Below are positions 12,720 to 25,112 of a stretch of DNA of 64,000 nt, one piece after another. Below the pieces are notes generated by a model, which saw nothing but the letters and a program-made list of their open reading frames with translations, searched no databases and had not been told where the DNA came from. The translations under genes and the position numbers were made by a program. Each line of letters begins with the position of its first letter. Within the stretch, counting starts at the first letter, position 1. This DNA comes from Schmidtea nova (lineage: Eukaryota), in the NCBI GenBank assembly GCA_044892505.1, contig CM097882.1, forward strand, positions 183,024,001 to 183,088,000, read 5' to 3'.

Positions 12720-14275
12720 TTGATTCGACACCCGATATTTCTCACACTGACCAATTATCATTGATAATTCGATATGTTGATATTGCTAACGGCAAAACAG
12801 TGGAACGATTTTTAAATTTTTTCGACAATGTTGATCATAAAGCGGACGAAATGTTTGAAGTAATATTGAAGTTTTTGGATAAATTCAAATTAAATTTGGC
12901 AGATTGCAGGGGACAATCATATGATAATGCAAATAATATGTCCGGAATCTACAACGGCTTAAACGCCAAAATTTTAGGAATAAATTCACGTGCTATTTTT
13001 GTCCCATGTGCTTGCCATTCTATAAATTTAGTTGGTCAATGTGCTGCTGAGTGTTGCACAGAAGCTGTGCATTTTTTCATACTAATTCAAAAAATTTATA
13101 AATTCTTTAGTGTATCAACAAAGCGGTGGGCTCTATTGAAAGCAAAATTAGGGCCAACCAAAAAACTACCTAAGTCCTTATCTGACACTCGTTGGTCAGC
13201 TAGATCAGATGCCTGCACAGCCTTGTTTCAAAATTATAAAGAGATAATTGATGTACTTAAAGAAATTGAAAGTGACAATTTGGAAAAAGTATTGACTCGT
13301 ACTGAAGCTGGCGGATTATTAAGAAAAATGGAAAAAATGGAAATGGCACTGCTCCTTACTATTTGGCAAACTATTTTAGAACGTTTTGATAGTGTAAATA
13401 AAAAATTACAAGCCGCTAATACGAACCTGCTTACTGTTGTTCAGCTATACGATTCGTTATTAGACTACTTGTTGGAAATGAAGCAAAAATTTTTTAGATT
13501 TCAAGAAAAAGCTTTGACAATTTCGGTTAGCTCTAGTTATGAACAGAAAAGAAATAGAAAAAGGAAAATGCATTTTGATGAATCCGAAGATGATGAGATT
13601 ATAACAGATAGTCCAAATGAATTATTTAAAAAGAATGTATTTGATAAAATTATATCAGTTTTGATAAAAGAATTACAAAAGCGTAAAAATTCATACAATT
13701 TTTTGAATGAAAAGTTTGGATATCTCGAAAATATATGTTCTATTGATACCGATGTTATTATAAAAAAAACAAAAGATCTGTACGAATTTTATGAAAGGGA
13801 TTTGGACTGTGACGAACTAATGGAAGAAATTCTTCATTTTAAACAGCTTTTACAGAAAAGTGATTTATCCGACTCTGAAAGAAGTATCGCAAACCAGTTC
13901 AATTTTTTATTTAAAAAAATATAATAACGTGTTTCGAAATTTGGAAATCATCTTCAGAATTTATCTGTCACTAGCAGTAACAAATTGTTCTGCTGAAAGA
14001 TCGTTTTCTTGTTTAAAAAGAATAAAAACTTATCTTCGTTCACAAATGAAAGAAACCAAATTAAATGCCGTTTCAATTATGCACATCGAACACGACCTTT
14101 TAGAGAAAATTGAGTTTGAAGACATAATTAATAAATTTGTAAATCAAAAAATTAGAAAGAAAATATAAATAAATTAAACTCTTTAAATAATACAATGTGC
14201 TTTTTATTTCAATTCAAATTACACTAAAATTCATATAAAGTGCCTAGGGGCGGCACATTCTTAAATCCGCCGCTG
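12720..14275 (+). mobile_element. 5'-truncated hAT transposon (ZMYM1-like transposase, frameshifted)
   Basis: ORFs 12761-13924 (CRGQSYDNANNMSG, VPCACHSINL, LSDTRWSAR) and 13860-14168 (hAT dimerization motif AVTNCSAERSFSCLKRIKTYLRS). TIR-like end AATCCGCCGCTG at 14264-14275. Confidence 0.9.
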
Positions 14276-14613
14276 TCCGACTGTATCTAATAACCCAACT
14301 TATAATGCAAGTTTACATCATATAAATATATCCTTTATTGACAGAATTGTAATAACAATTAAAAGTAAAGATAAATAAATATTTAACTGTGTGTTAAGGA
14401 TTCTGAATTATTTTATTGATTAAACTGTTGAGATAGCATTAATTAAAAAAAATTAATCTTAGAAGTAAAAATTATATAGTTTTTCAATATTACTTATTTT
14501 CTTTTTGTTTTATACATTTATCAAATAAACTAAGTATCTAATCCTTTTATCGTAAGCTAAGTTTATATTAAATTAAATACAAATAAAAACGCATTTATAA
14601 GTTTAAATATAAC

Positions 14614-14813
14614 CTCTATAATCAACTGTCAAAACATGGAATCCGATTTTTCTCAAAAGATGATAAAAATTAACACGATAGTAAGCTGCTCTACTACCCT
14701 TATTTCCATGAAAATACAATAAAATTGGTCTATTATTTGAAAATATTCTTTCGAATTCTTTTTTATTTAATGGCACATAACCTGGAGTTTCATCATCTTT
14801 GCATATTATTTGC
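14614..14813 (-). CDS. ABHD12: ABHD12-like lipase exon
   Basis: PILLYFHGNKGSRAAYYRVNFYHLLRKIGFHVLTVDYRG matches ABHD12 [39 protein letters not shown]. AG and GT borders. Confidence 0.85.
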
Positions 14814-15769
14814 CTATACATAAATAACATATAATAATTAATAAATGAAAATTGTTTTTTATTAATTATAATCAGTAATCAAATTTTACCTGAAAAGTAA
14901 ATACCTTATAACTGTATATTATATTGAAGTCAATATAGTTAACATTAAGAACGAAGAATCTAAGTGAAGTCCACTGGGTGGATGAATTTTTAAATGTTTT
15001 ACATTCAATAAGTTCGCTCTTCAAAACACGCTAAAATTTTGCACATCATGGAAAATATTTCTTATTCAAGTATCGTTCTATTAGTAGAGAACCTTCTCAA
15101 TTTTGACTTGAAATGGGCACACCGACTCGGTAATTTAAACAAGTTTTACTTCACAAAAGCTACACTCTAATAAACGAGGATAAAATTGTGGAAGCTTATC
15201 CACTACGCTTTTCCTAGTTTCCTTGAAGGTCGAGAAGATATCGCAAAATTTTCAACTTCTTAAGCACAAGGTAACACAAGTTTAGAAACAGAAATAAATG
15301 AATTGCTTTAATCTAGTAATTCTAAATCATTGCTAAATATTTTGCTGTGAAATGCTTTAATCTGAACGTCCTTAGGACATCGTCGACCGCATTTAAGACT
15401 TAATCTCTGAGAAAATATGGTGAGTTTGATTATTAATGTTAATTGGCTAAATTCAATTTTGTTATCTTTATTTTAACTTGATAAATTTTACTGAAGATCT
15501 TAATACATTATTTTCAACATGTTTCTGTTTTCAGTATTCTTTATTTTCATTTCTTTAGAACCATATAATATTTAAAAATAAACATGGATTTTCAAAACAG
15601 CCTTTCAAAGTAAACAATCAGTTAGTATCTAAATCGATTTTCAAAAGTGAAGAATTGAAAATACAAACTAATGAATTCATTATTATAAAAGTGGAAAAAA
15701 AGATTCAATATTTAAAATTATTTATTAAAGTCTGGCATTCATAAATTTATCTATTACGAGAAAACTTAC

Positions 15770-15884
15770 CATGCACCTAATTCATAATTATACTTTGAAT
15801 TTCTTATACGAAAATTTCGAAAATTTCTCACAGTGAATCTAAAGTTTTCTGGATCTTTAAGATATGCTGTGTTTTTTGAGGAAC
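15770..15884 (-). CDS. ABHD12: ABHD12-like lipase exon (upstream)
   Basis: Translates SSKNTAYLKDPENFRFTVRNFRNFRIRNSKYNYELGAW. Ends TG|GTAAG; the phase-2 junction completes the Trp with the next exon, matching the ABHD12 IGVW position. Confidence 0.7.
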
Positions 15885-18800
15885 CTAAATGACTTTGATT
15901 CATTTAAGCTAACCTTTCAAAAATAAGCAAACCTTGGAAAACAACTCTTATGAATATAGAAGGAATGACATATACTACGAAAGGGATAAATAGAAAAATT
16001 ATAAATAAAGAACATCCGGGATATGAGTAAAATGGAAAAGTCATTTAGCTATTAAATTATCATGTCCATTTCAATATTATTCTTAATTAATTTTCAAAAA
16101 GGTTAAATAAGCAGATTATTAATGTCGCGAAGGTTGATTGAGTAATTAAACAAAAAGCGTTTTGATTGAGGTCGATTAATATAATTTCTATATAAGGAAA
16201 TTTTGAAATATTTTGCAATAAAAGATAAAATTATGATCCTTGATTTTAACAAAATTATTTGTAATTTTTAACAAAAAAATACAAAAGAATTCATTTTAAT
16301 AAGAACTGGTACATTTAAAAATTTTGTTTACTAAATAAAACTGAAGTTATTCCCGGATTCTAATAAGTTACTAATTTTGGATATAACAACTTCTTTATAA
16401 ATTAGGTTACTAATTAATCATAAGTGTCTATAAGTGTCTATTTGACTTATGAAAATTTTCAGATTGTTGTTTAGCTTGGTATTGGTCGTAAACACACATT
16501 TCTAAAGGTGCTTCACTTGAGGTACGTTTCTGATTATTGATTAAAATTTTCTTCATATCACAAATTTGTTGGGCAAAAACTGAACCCCATCAATTTTAGA
16601 GCGAGTTAGAACATAACATGTAGTGTGTACAAACAAACCATGTAACGATCATGCAAGAAGTATACTCAAATATCTGAGAAAAACACCAAATAAGCAAAAT
16701 TAATTAGCAATACATAGTGTTGGGCAAAAATTGTAGTTTTTTAAATGGCGTGGAATTATAACATGTAGAGAGCGCGCAAGAAGTAGATTTGAAATTCTAT
16801 GAACCCAAAACACCAAGTACAACCCATTAACAGCAGAATACATGAAATAATTGATTAAAACACGTCGAAAAATTGAAACGAACAAAAGCGCATTGAATGT
16901 ATACGTAAAAACACGTTTATAACGTGAGAACATCAATTGTGTAACGGAGTAGTACACAAGAAAAAATTAACGTCTTTTCGGGTGGAAATTTTCAAATTTT
17001 AGTGTAGAAATTCAAAAATATACGAAAGAAAATTGTTTTAGTTATAAATTAGGATAAATTAATTAAATTAGGAAACACTTTGATATAAAAATGGAATTTT
17101 AGATCACAAATAAATTATTTAGAGTTTATTTAAAATACAATGCAAAAATAATAATTCAGTTTTGCGTAAAATTATTAAAATTAATTTTCAAGAATCGGAA
17201 AATTCCTTCTAGAACAATTTGTTTTAATACACCAATGAAAATAATAATTTGAGCAACTATATATACTGCCATCAAAATGGATTTCATCAGAATTTGCGGA
17301 GAAGATATTCGATTATGTAAGAATTATGAATTTTATGTTATGCAGGCTAGCAAATCATGTCCTGTTACTCTGCCATAGGTATTCTGATTTGATTTTCATT
17401 TTCATTTGAAGTTTGACAATGCGTTATCTTATGGTAAAATATATAATGATTATTATAATTTTTCTATTCAAGTTTTAATTTTTTCTTTGATCATATTTTC
17501 TCACAATCTGACATTATTATATTGATATTAACTTATTTGTATTTTTTTTAATTAAAACCATTTCCATACGTCTGATAATGGTCCACCTAGTCGTTGTACC
17601 GTCATTAGTCGCTTTGGTGAATCATCAGTTCGCTGGAGTCCTTTCAGTGTTCTGATCCATATTTTCATTGAAGTGAGTGCAAACATCCAAAAACGCTTCA
17701 TCTCATACCTGGATATATGAGGAGTAGTGGATTGGCCAAGCGCAAGGTTTGTTCAAAATAATTAACGTCTAGAATCCTATTATATTTTTTTGAAATGCGA
17801 TATGGTATTCAACGACGCAAATGAATATTTTATTTATAGTATCGTATTTATATTTATTACATCAAATTGTATAATTCTAATAACTTCATAAAAATGCGAA
17901 CATAATAAAAATGAATCGAAAATATTCATTCGTCTCGTCAATCGCCTTTGCTCAATAAACGTCGTCTTTACTTCACTACGAAAGAATTCGAAAAATCGAT
18001 TAAAATGTCAAACGTATAAAAGCTCGTAAATGAACCCTCAAAGAGCAGTAAAATTGTTATATTGATTTATGCTTACAAATCATGCTCGATAATAGTACGT
18101 TGAATTTTTACTCTAAATCGTGAACATCATCGATAAAAATTTCTAAGAATATTAGAGATCACGAAAAGTACCGGCTTGAAATTTTATATATACCTTATTC
18201 TTAGAGACTCATATATGATCCGAACTAGTTTTTGTAAAAATTATAATTTACTTTTAAAGATAATTTAATATATAAAAATTTTTTAGATTGAATTATTTAG
18301 ATTGCGAAATTTGTGAATAAAAATTTTATTATTGTATAAATTTTATGAAATTTCAAATTTGGTCATAAAAATAAAAATTTACTTTTAGAGATACTATGTT
18401 AAGTAAAAGTTATAATATAAAAATTATAAATCAAAAATTTTCCTAGAAATTTTTAATCAAACCTTATATTGGATTGCATGAAAATTGTGAATCAAAGATT
18501 TTATTATTATATTAAAAATTTTATTATTTTATAAAATTCTAAAGTTAAAATTAAATAGAAAAATTTACAATTGATATGGTTATTATCTTAATTCTTAAAA
18601 TTATTTTATATATACATCTTAAATATAAAAATTAGAAATTAGAAATTTTATTATTATATAACTTTCATAAAATTGAAAATTTAAAATTTGTAGAAAGAAT
18701 TATGAAAATTACTATTATCATTTTAATTCTAAAATTATTTTATATATAAATATATATTATTTTATAAATACTCCCCCACGATATCATGAAGATCATAATA

Positions 18801-21800
18801 CATCCATAATTGCAAAACAATACATCCAGACCATTCATTAACACCATCCATATCTAATATCACATGCAAAATTTATTTAACTACAATGCACACACTACAT
18901 CATTTCATTCAACCACATCCATAAAATTCACACAAGAAATTCATTCATTAGCATTCACCAGCATCATACATCCAGAAAATCCCACAAATACTCAATCTGT
19001 CACTTATTTCACCCAACACACTATCACATACATTCACAACAATAAAACACGCATTTCAAATCTATAATAGTATACATACACACAAACGTATAACCACTAC
19101 ATCTCATATCATATATTGTCAGAATTCATTTCAAAGCCACCTCATGTCAAAATTCAACACTTGCATCTCCTATCATGCCATTACCACCAGAATTTCATCA
19201 AGTCAAACATTTCAGACAATCTACATCCACGTTCAACCACATTATTCATATTGGATCACCTCACTCATAAAATGTCAGTTATTTATTTATAAAGAAGTAA
19301 AAATAATTTCAGTTAAAATAAAATAAATAACTACAAATGCAATATTTATTTTGCTAACGATCTTTATTAAAAAAGTAAATCAAAATTCCAACTAAAATAA
19401 AATCAATAATTGCAAAAAATGCAATATTTATTTTACTAATTAACTTTATTAGAAAGTAAATCAAAAGGTATTTGTCAATTGAAATTTGTGAAATTTCCGA
19501 TGAAAACGGACGATCTGATGAATCGATAAGGAGGTCAGAGTTGGCCACTGAAAGTTTTTTTTGTTTGTTGACTTTGCCATTTCCTGGATAAATTCCATTC
19601 AAAAGCAGAGACTCGTGTCGAGTTATTAAACGATTATTTTGGATAATACCAAATCCTACTCTAGACAATCCTGTCCACTTGTATTCTCATGGTCCTGTAT
19701 GTATTATAGATAGTCTCTTCAACAGTTGACGAATTATTGCACAAAACTTCAGGATCTTCGTTACATTTAGATGACACATAGTTTTTAAGAGATGAAATTA
19801 TGCTTTCTAAATTCCGCATTCAATTAAGAGGATAATAGCATAATTTTTAAGCAAGTTATTCAATCCCATTCCAACAGAAAGCAATAGCGGATGTTTCGTA
19901 GGAAGATTCGTAAATGATTATAAGTTCAGTTATTCCTTTAGAATTAAGTAACTCCATTAACAGTTTAGGATTGACATTTTTTTGTGAGAATGATTGAAAA
20001 CATTGATCCTAGCTTCCGCATTCAGATACTATGGAAGTAATTAATTTCTGTTTATCAATTTTAATTAATAAATTAACTTGTTTTTTGTCAATAAATAACC
20101 TTTTATGGAAAATTTGAACAAGATTTAATGAATTAGAACAATGAGTTCGCATGCATTTTCCAACCAAATGCTTAGAGGAATTGAGTAGAATTCAAACTTT
20201 TTGAAGGTCGAATAGAGTTTTAAACAAACGAAATATTATCGGTAATTCAAACAAAGAAAAATATTTATATATATAAAAATAGGGAAAAAACCAAATTAGG
20301 AAATAAAATTATTTTTGTAATTTAAAAATTAAGGTTTTATTTTTTTAGCAGATTAAATTTTTCTTTTAGAATGTTTTATCTAATGATTACCATAAATTTC
20401 AATATTAGCAAAATTTAATGTTTGGTTAGTGTTTTTGATGCTCGGAATGATTCATTTGGATTAGATAATAAATTTATATTGATGTAGAATATTTATGTTG
20501 AATTGCCGATAAAATTTTATTGAGTGTTTATAGATAAATCGTTGAAGAAGGAACAAAATGTGCATTAAACCTTCTATCGGTAGCCCTTGGACCCAGGAGA
20601 TATTCGGTCAATCATAGTTTCGAATTTTCGACGCTCACTGATTGCGAATACCCACCCATTTGTTGCATTACCAACGTTATATTGTGACGGGCAACAAGAT
20701 GGTTAATCTAATGTTTTGTATGTTGAGTTGTTGATGTGAGCCATAGCAACTTCAAATTCATATTGACGGTCAACAACCCACCAATAGGTAAAAATTAACT
20801 AAAAGAAAAGTTAATATTTAAAATATGCAAACGCAAGAAGTAAACACGGAAAAATCACAATCAAAACAAATTAACAAAAAACTGATAAAAGAATTAAGTA
20901 AATATTAAAATTCAGAAAATTTTATAAATTTTATTAGTATAAATGTAAAAAATGCAAAATTAAATTGTAAAAATTAAATTTAAAGCAGTTAAAATTTAAT
21001 TAAAATAAAAAAAATTGATAAATATAACATTTATGTAAACAATGAATAAAATTTTACACATAAATATAAATTTATTTTAGTAAAAATTAAATATTTAACT
21101 TTTAAAATAAATTAAATAAAAAGAACATTCTAGAAAATTTTGTTTTACTAAATCAATTAAATTAAATGGTCTGAAAATAGTTTACATAGCAGTGCTATTT
21201 TCAGTCATTTTATACACTTTTCGAAAAACTTGGTTTTTTAAAAACTCTTGTTTGAAAAAAATACTGTTTTTTAGTTTGAAAATACTTTTAGAAGGATGAA
21301 CTCTACAACTAAATCGATGAGTCATCGCAATGCAGAATTTTTAAGGAATGGCATCATTCTGTATATACCGAGTATGTCAGTTTGATGTTTTACCCATCCT
21401 ATTAATTTTATTTGGCACCCGCCAATGCCATGGTTACCTATGTTTATGCTCATTTATTATTTCTCTGACGAAATAAATGTTTCAAATAAAAAAAATTAAC
21501 TTTTTCTCGATAATTAATCAAAATTCTGCATACATAAAAAATGAAATTACTTTTGATTTTTTTGTTCATTTTCTTGACCTTCTCAGTAGCTAACTTCTTG
21601 TGGTATCCGAGCTTGTTGTGATGTAGATAGTGTTGGGCCCGCCAAATCACCTAAAAAACACAAGGAACGAACAAAAGCATGAAACAATAAAGAAATAATA
21701 AAAATAAAAATAGCAAGAAAAACAAATTAAAAATAACAATAAAACGACAAATAATAATTAATAAATTTTCAGTAAAAGGAAATTTTGAAATAAACCGGTA

Positions 21801-21980
21801 AACAACCGCAAAGGGGGGCCTGAAATAAGAAAAAATAGAATTAAATAAAATAATAGTGCAAATAATTAATTAATTACTTGGAAAATCAGGACCACCCAGC
21901 GAGAAACCGGAAAAGGAAACAAAATAATGTTTAGATTAGATTAAAATAATAAAAATACTTTGAAGGACGGTCTGATCCTG

Positions 21981-22015
21981 ATTGGTCAATCCAACCAGAC
22001 GGATCAGTATAAATA
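21981..22015 (+). promoter_or_regulatory. Putative LTR promoter: reverse CCAAT (ATTGG) and TATAAATA
   Basis: ATTGG at 21981 and TATAAATA at 22008-22015, between an inverted CTGATCC/GGATCAG pair. This implies a short U3 of about 400 bp and a very long transcribed R-U5. Confidence 0.5.
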
Positions 22016-23052
22016 CCGATCCAAAAATCACAGACTTAGACGTTTACTTTTCACTCACAATCAAGACTAAACTTTGATTTGAGTAAATTTTTGAAAAAAC
22101 CGAATTTCATGCAAGGAACCACACATTCAAGTACGGAAGTAATTTTTTATGTTATCTTATATGATGTACCCATGATTTTTATTTAATTAAAATCTTATAT
22201 GTAAACGTTATTTGATCTTATTTTTCCTTTTTGATATTTTAATGCATATAGTTATACTTCCTATGCTGCTCACGCGGCGAGGGAGTCCGAGTCGTCGTTG
22301 TGGGGCCTCACGGTCTCACATGGCGGTTCAACCTTTTTATTGTTTTGGTTTTCATATTTAATTTGGTAGTTGAAATAATTAAATTACATCATTCGAATTT
22401 AACTAGATATTTATCAGCGAGATTAGAGAATTTTAATGCTTATTTAGTCGAGTAAAATTTTCAGTCACGAAATATCGATAATGCGAATACGTCCAGACAG
22501 TTTTCTGGCAATAAGTAAAAAAGTCATCATTTGGTTGTACAGGGGACGTAGCGCAGCGGGCGGTAGAGAAGGTCTAAGGAGATACCAAGAGGGGGTAAAG
22601 TACCCGATAGGTGTCAGGTACCCGAGACAAATGGGTTGACACGCTGAGGTTAAATTTGAGGACGAGAGAGCAGGTATAGCATGACAAGTTATAAAAACTT
22701 TCCAAGTAAATCGATCAAACTGATGAATTTCAATTGAGGTCAAGGTACAGGATATCGCAACTGCATGACAGAGATTAGTAAGACTGAAAATCATAAATTC
22801 TAAAAATACTTTAAATTCCAGTCTAATAAAACTAAAAATCTGTAATTCTAAAAATACTTTTATGCCGATCGCTGTACATAGCGCGGTAGCTCAAAATAAT
22901 CTTATCCTGATCGTCGTACATGGCGCAGGGAAACAAATATCTTATCCGACCGTGGTATATCGCGGTGATGGTTTAAAAATGAGATGGTATTAACTAAAAG
23001 GATTGAGATTAAATAGAATTTACATTTAACTCTTTATTAAATAAAATGACAG

Positions 23053-23529
23053 ATGCTGACATCGTTGAACGAAAGATTAACGCGGATTCGGAACTCAGGA
23101 AAGGAGGACAGGGCGAATGAATGGGCAAATCAGCTCAAGGAGTTGCCCCAGCCAATTCTGCGGACCATTAACGCCCAAGCATACAAGTGGCGGCAAGGGT
23201 TTGGTCGAAAGTGCCCGTTTTCCATCTGGGACGGAGGAAACGATATAATACTCTATCGAGGAGGACCGAACTGGCCGATTTCTCAAAGGCCGTACTCAAA
23301 CAAATTTGGCCGACTTGTCGTACTGATCAAGGACACAGATGGACGGACAAGCCGTGTAATTTATTGGGGGCATATCCCTCGTCGGGAACTATGCCAACTA
23401 GGTCTACACGAATTCCTACCGCGAAAACCGTTCGGCAAGGAGTGCCAGAAGGGACAACCCTCATTCTCTTGGGCTCGTCTTCGTCAGAAACCGATTAACA
23501 GCGAATTGCATAGTTTGTTTCGGAGATGA
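23053..23529 (+). CDS. LTR-encoded hypothetical protein A (158 aa), also at 49679-50155
   Basis: ATG directly after CAG; intact in both LTRs; GC-balanced composition. No recognisable domain. Confidence 0.45.
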   Translation: MLTSLNERLTRIRNSGKEDRANEWANQLKELPQPILRTINAQAYKWRQGFGRKCPFSIWDGGNDIILYRGGPNWPISQRPYSNKFGRLVVLIKDTDGRTSRVIYWGHIPRRELCQLGLHEFLPRKPFGKECQKGQPSFSWARLRQKPINSELHSLFRR

Positions 23530-23715
23530 AAACTGATTAACAAATGTTGAAATTGTGTTAAAATATTAGAGTTCATTAGTGCATTTTTGTTTTGTTGTTT
23601 TGAGTTTTGGTTTTGTGTTTTTAATAGTTCGTATTGTAACCTAATAATCCTATAATCAAATTTTAATTTTTCACATAATTTAATCATAAAGTAAATATCC
23701 TAAATAAATTATAGA

Positions 23716-24336
23716 ATGACCACCGATTTGATACAGAGAGAATTGGAAAAGATGTGGCGGATCCGGAGAGCCCAGGACAAAGAATTGGGTCTCCTCAAGG
23801 CACAATTGATCAAAGCAGAGGCACAGATCGCATACTTGCGCAAAAGCTGGTTTGCTCCGGCCCGAATGAAGGAGCAAATCAGTAAAACCGAGCGCGCCCA
23901 ACAGACTGCAGCCGATTACCAAATGGAATGGGAGGCCACAAGGATAGAACTCCGAAAATGCCTCCATTCCGTAACTGCCTCATATATTGAGAAAGAGCTC
24001 AGAGAGCAAATCCGTCCGGTTACGTACCAAGCGTGGACATCAGAAAAGAAGACGGTAAATTCGATTGGCACGGATGTCGCCGATCTAATCGAAAGTCGGA
24101 ATGAGACAGCTCCTGCAGCAAATGCAACCACCTCATCGGCGAATGCGCACCAGAAACGCAAGCGCATTGGGCAGAAACGGCGAAGACAGAGGAAATTATT
24201 TGCCCAGCAATTACAAAGCCAAGTAGATGGTCTACATCAGATGACCGAGGAGGCATTATTGACGGAGATTTTCCCTCCGGCTGGAGTTTTTTTCGGAATT
24301 GATGAAAACTTAAATAAAATTTTCGTGTTAATTTAA
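23716..24336 (+). CDS. LTR-encoded coiled-coil protein with Arg/Lys-rich motif (206 aa), also at 50342-50962
   Basis: Heptad-like N-terminal half and a KRKRIGQKRRRQRK basic motif. TTATAG|A-ATG context; AATAAA at 24397. Confidence 0.7.
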   Translation: MTTDLIQRELEKMWRIRRAQDKELGLLKAQLIKAEAQIAYLRKSWFAPARMKEQISKTERAQQTAADYQMEWEATRIELRKCLHSVTASYIEKELREQIRPVTYQAWTSEKKTVNSIGTDVADLIESRNETAPAANATTSSANAHQKRKRIGQKRRRQRKLFAQQLQSQVDGLHQMTEEALLTEIFPPAGVFFGIDENLNKIFVLI

Positions 24337-24788
24337 AATTGTTATCGTTCTTTTAAATGGATTTAATTAACTTTACAAATGATTAGATAAAGATAGAATA
24401 AAAGTATAAACTCATTTTACAAAATACCTAATAGAGATAAATAAATAATTAAACGAGCATTTGTTGAAATACTTCTTGCAGAATGAGAGAGGTTAAAGAT
24501 AAATTTACTGAAAGATATTGCGGAACACCCAAATAGATGATTAAAGCATAAGTCCTTCTAACGGCAGCGATGAACCCGTAAACATAAATGGGGAGTAGTA
24601 CTAGCGATAGTGCTCACCTGCCCATCATTGTTTAACCACCCTGCGCATCACCAACTTGGTTATACAGGGAAATAATCAAGGGCGCTTGAGTGTAGAATTG
24701 CAATTTTGTGCATGATCATGGATGAGGGAATCCCTAGTCATTGTTAGAGCATTTTTCATCTAACCCCTCCATGAACCCAGCATAAATT

Positions 24789-24806
24789 TGGGGGCTCAGC
24801 CGGGAT
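24789..24806 (+). promoter_or_regulatory. Primer-binding site, tRNA-Pro-like
   Basis: TGGGGGCTCAGCCGGGAT, 6 nt after the LTR end; 16/18 identical to the tRNA-Pro PBS TGGGGGCTCGTCCGGGAT used by MLV. Confidence 0.85.
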
Positions 24807-25112
24807 CAACTTCGTTTTATCGGAAAAATGTAAACGTAAAATCTGCAGAGAGGTTTAAAATGCTCGGGTCAATTAATTTAATAAAAAACAGAAAGGTTAT
24901 AATTAAATATAAATTATTGTATAAAAATTAAATAAACAACACGGCAGTGAACAAAAGTGAATTTAGAAATTAAAATGCATGCATAATTTGTCGGGACGAC
25001 AATTTTCGGAAACACGGGGAGGATTGATAAATATCAAAGATACAAAACGAAACATATTACTACTTTAAAAATGATAAAAATAACAGAGTTAAAACGATTA
25101 TTTATTTAGTAA

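Larger units (their letters stand above)
21631..24782 (+). repeat. 5' LTR (3152 bp)
   Basis: Begins TGTTGGG and ends CCCAGCA (6/7 inverted terminal match). Only one substitution versus the 3' LTR was noticed (23172 C vs 49798 T). Confidence 0.97.

Noticed and set aside
16480-20800. Coding-looking patches on the minus strand (16700-16957, 17550-17750, 19354-20060, 20560-20790) as ABHD12 5' exons or another gene
   Set aside because: I could not assemble phase-consistent exons or recognise homology; RNA-seq is needed.
21450-21650. Host gene disrupted by the giant insertion
   Set aside because: Joining the flanks gives a minus-strand frame (DELFGRIYFKLVKHIDYLHHNKLGY...) but it has a nearby stop and no recognisable homology.
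22465-22794. Antisense LTR ORF (109 aa) and other short overlapping LTR ORFs
   Set aside because: No motif. Presence in both LTRs only reflects LTR identity.
22257-24690. Assignment of the conserved LTR structures to hammerhead, twister or HDV ribozymes
   Set aside because: No intact CUGAUGA/GAAA core in a suitable junction; twister and HDV consensus nucleotides are only partly present and not conserved in the relative.
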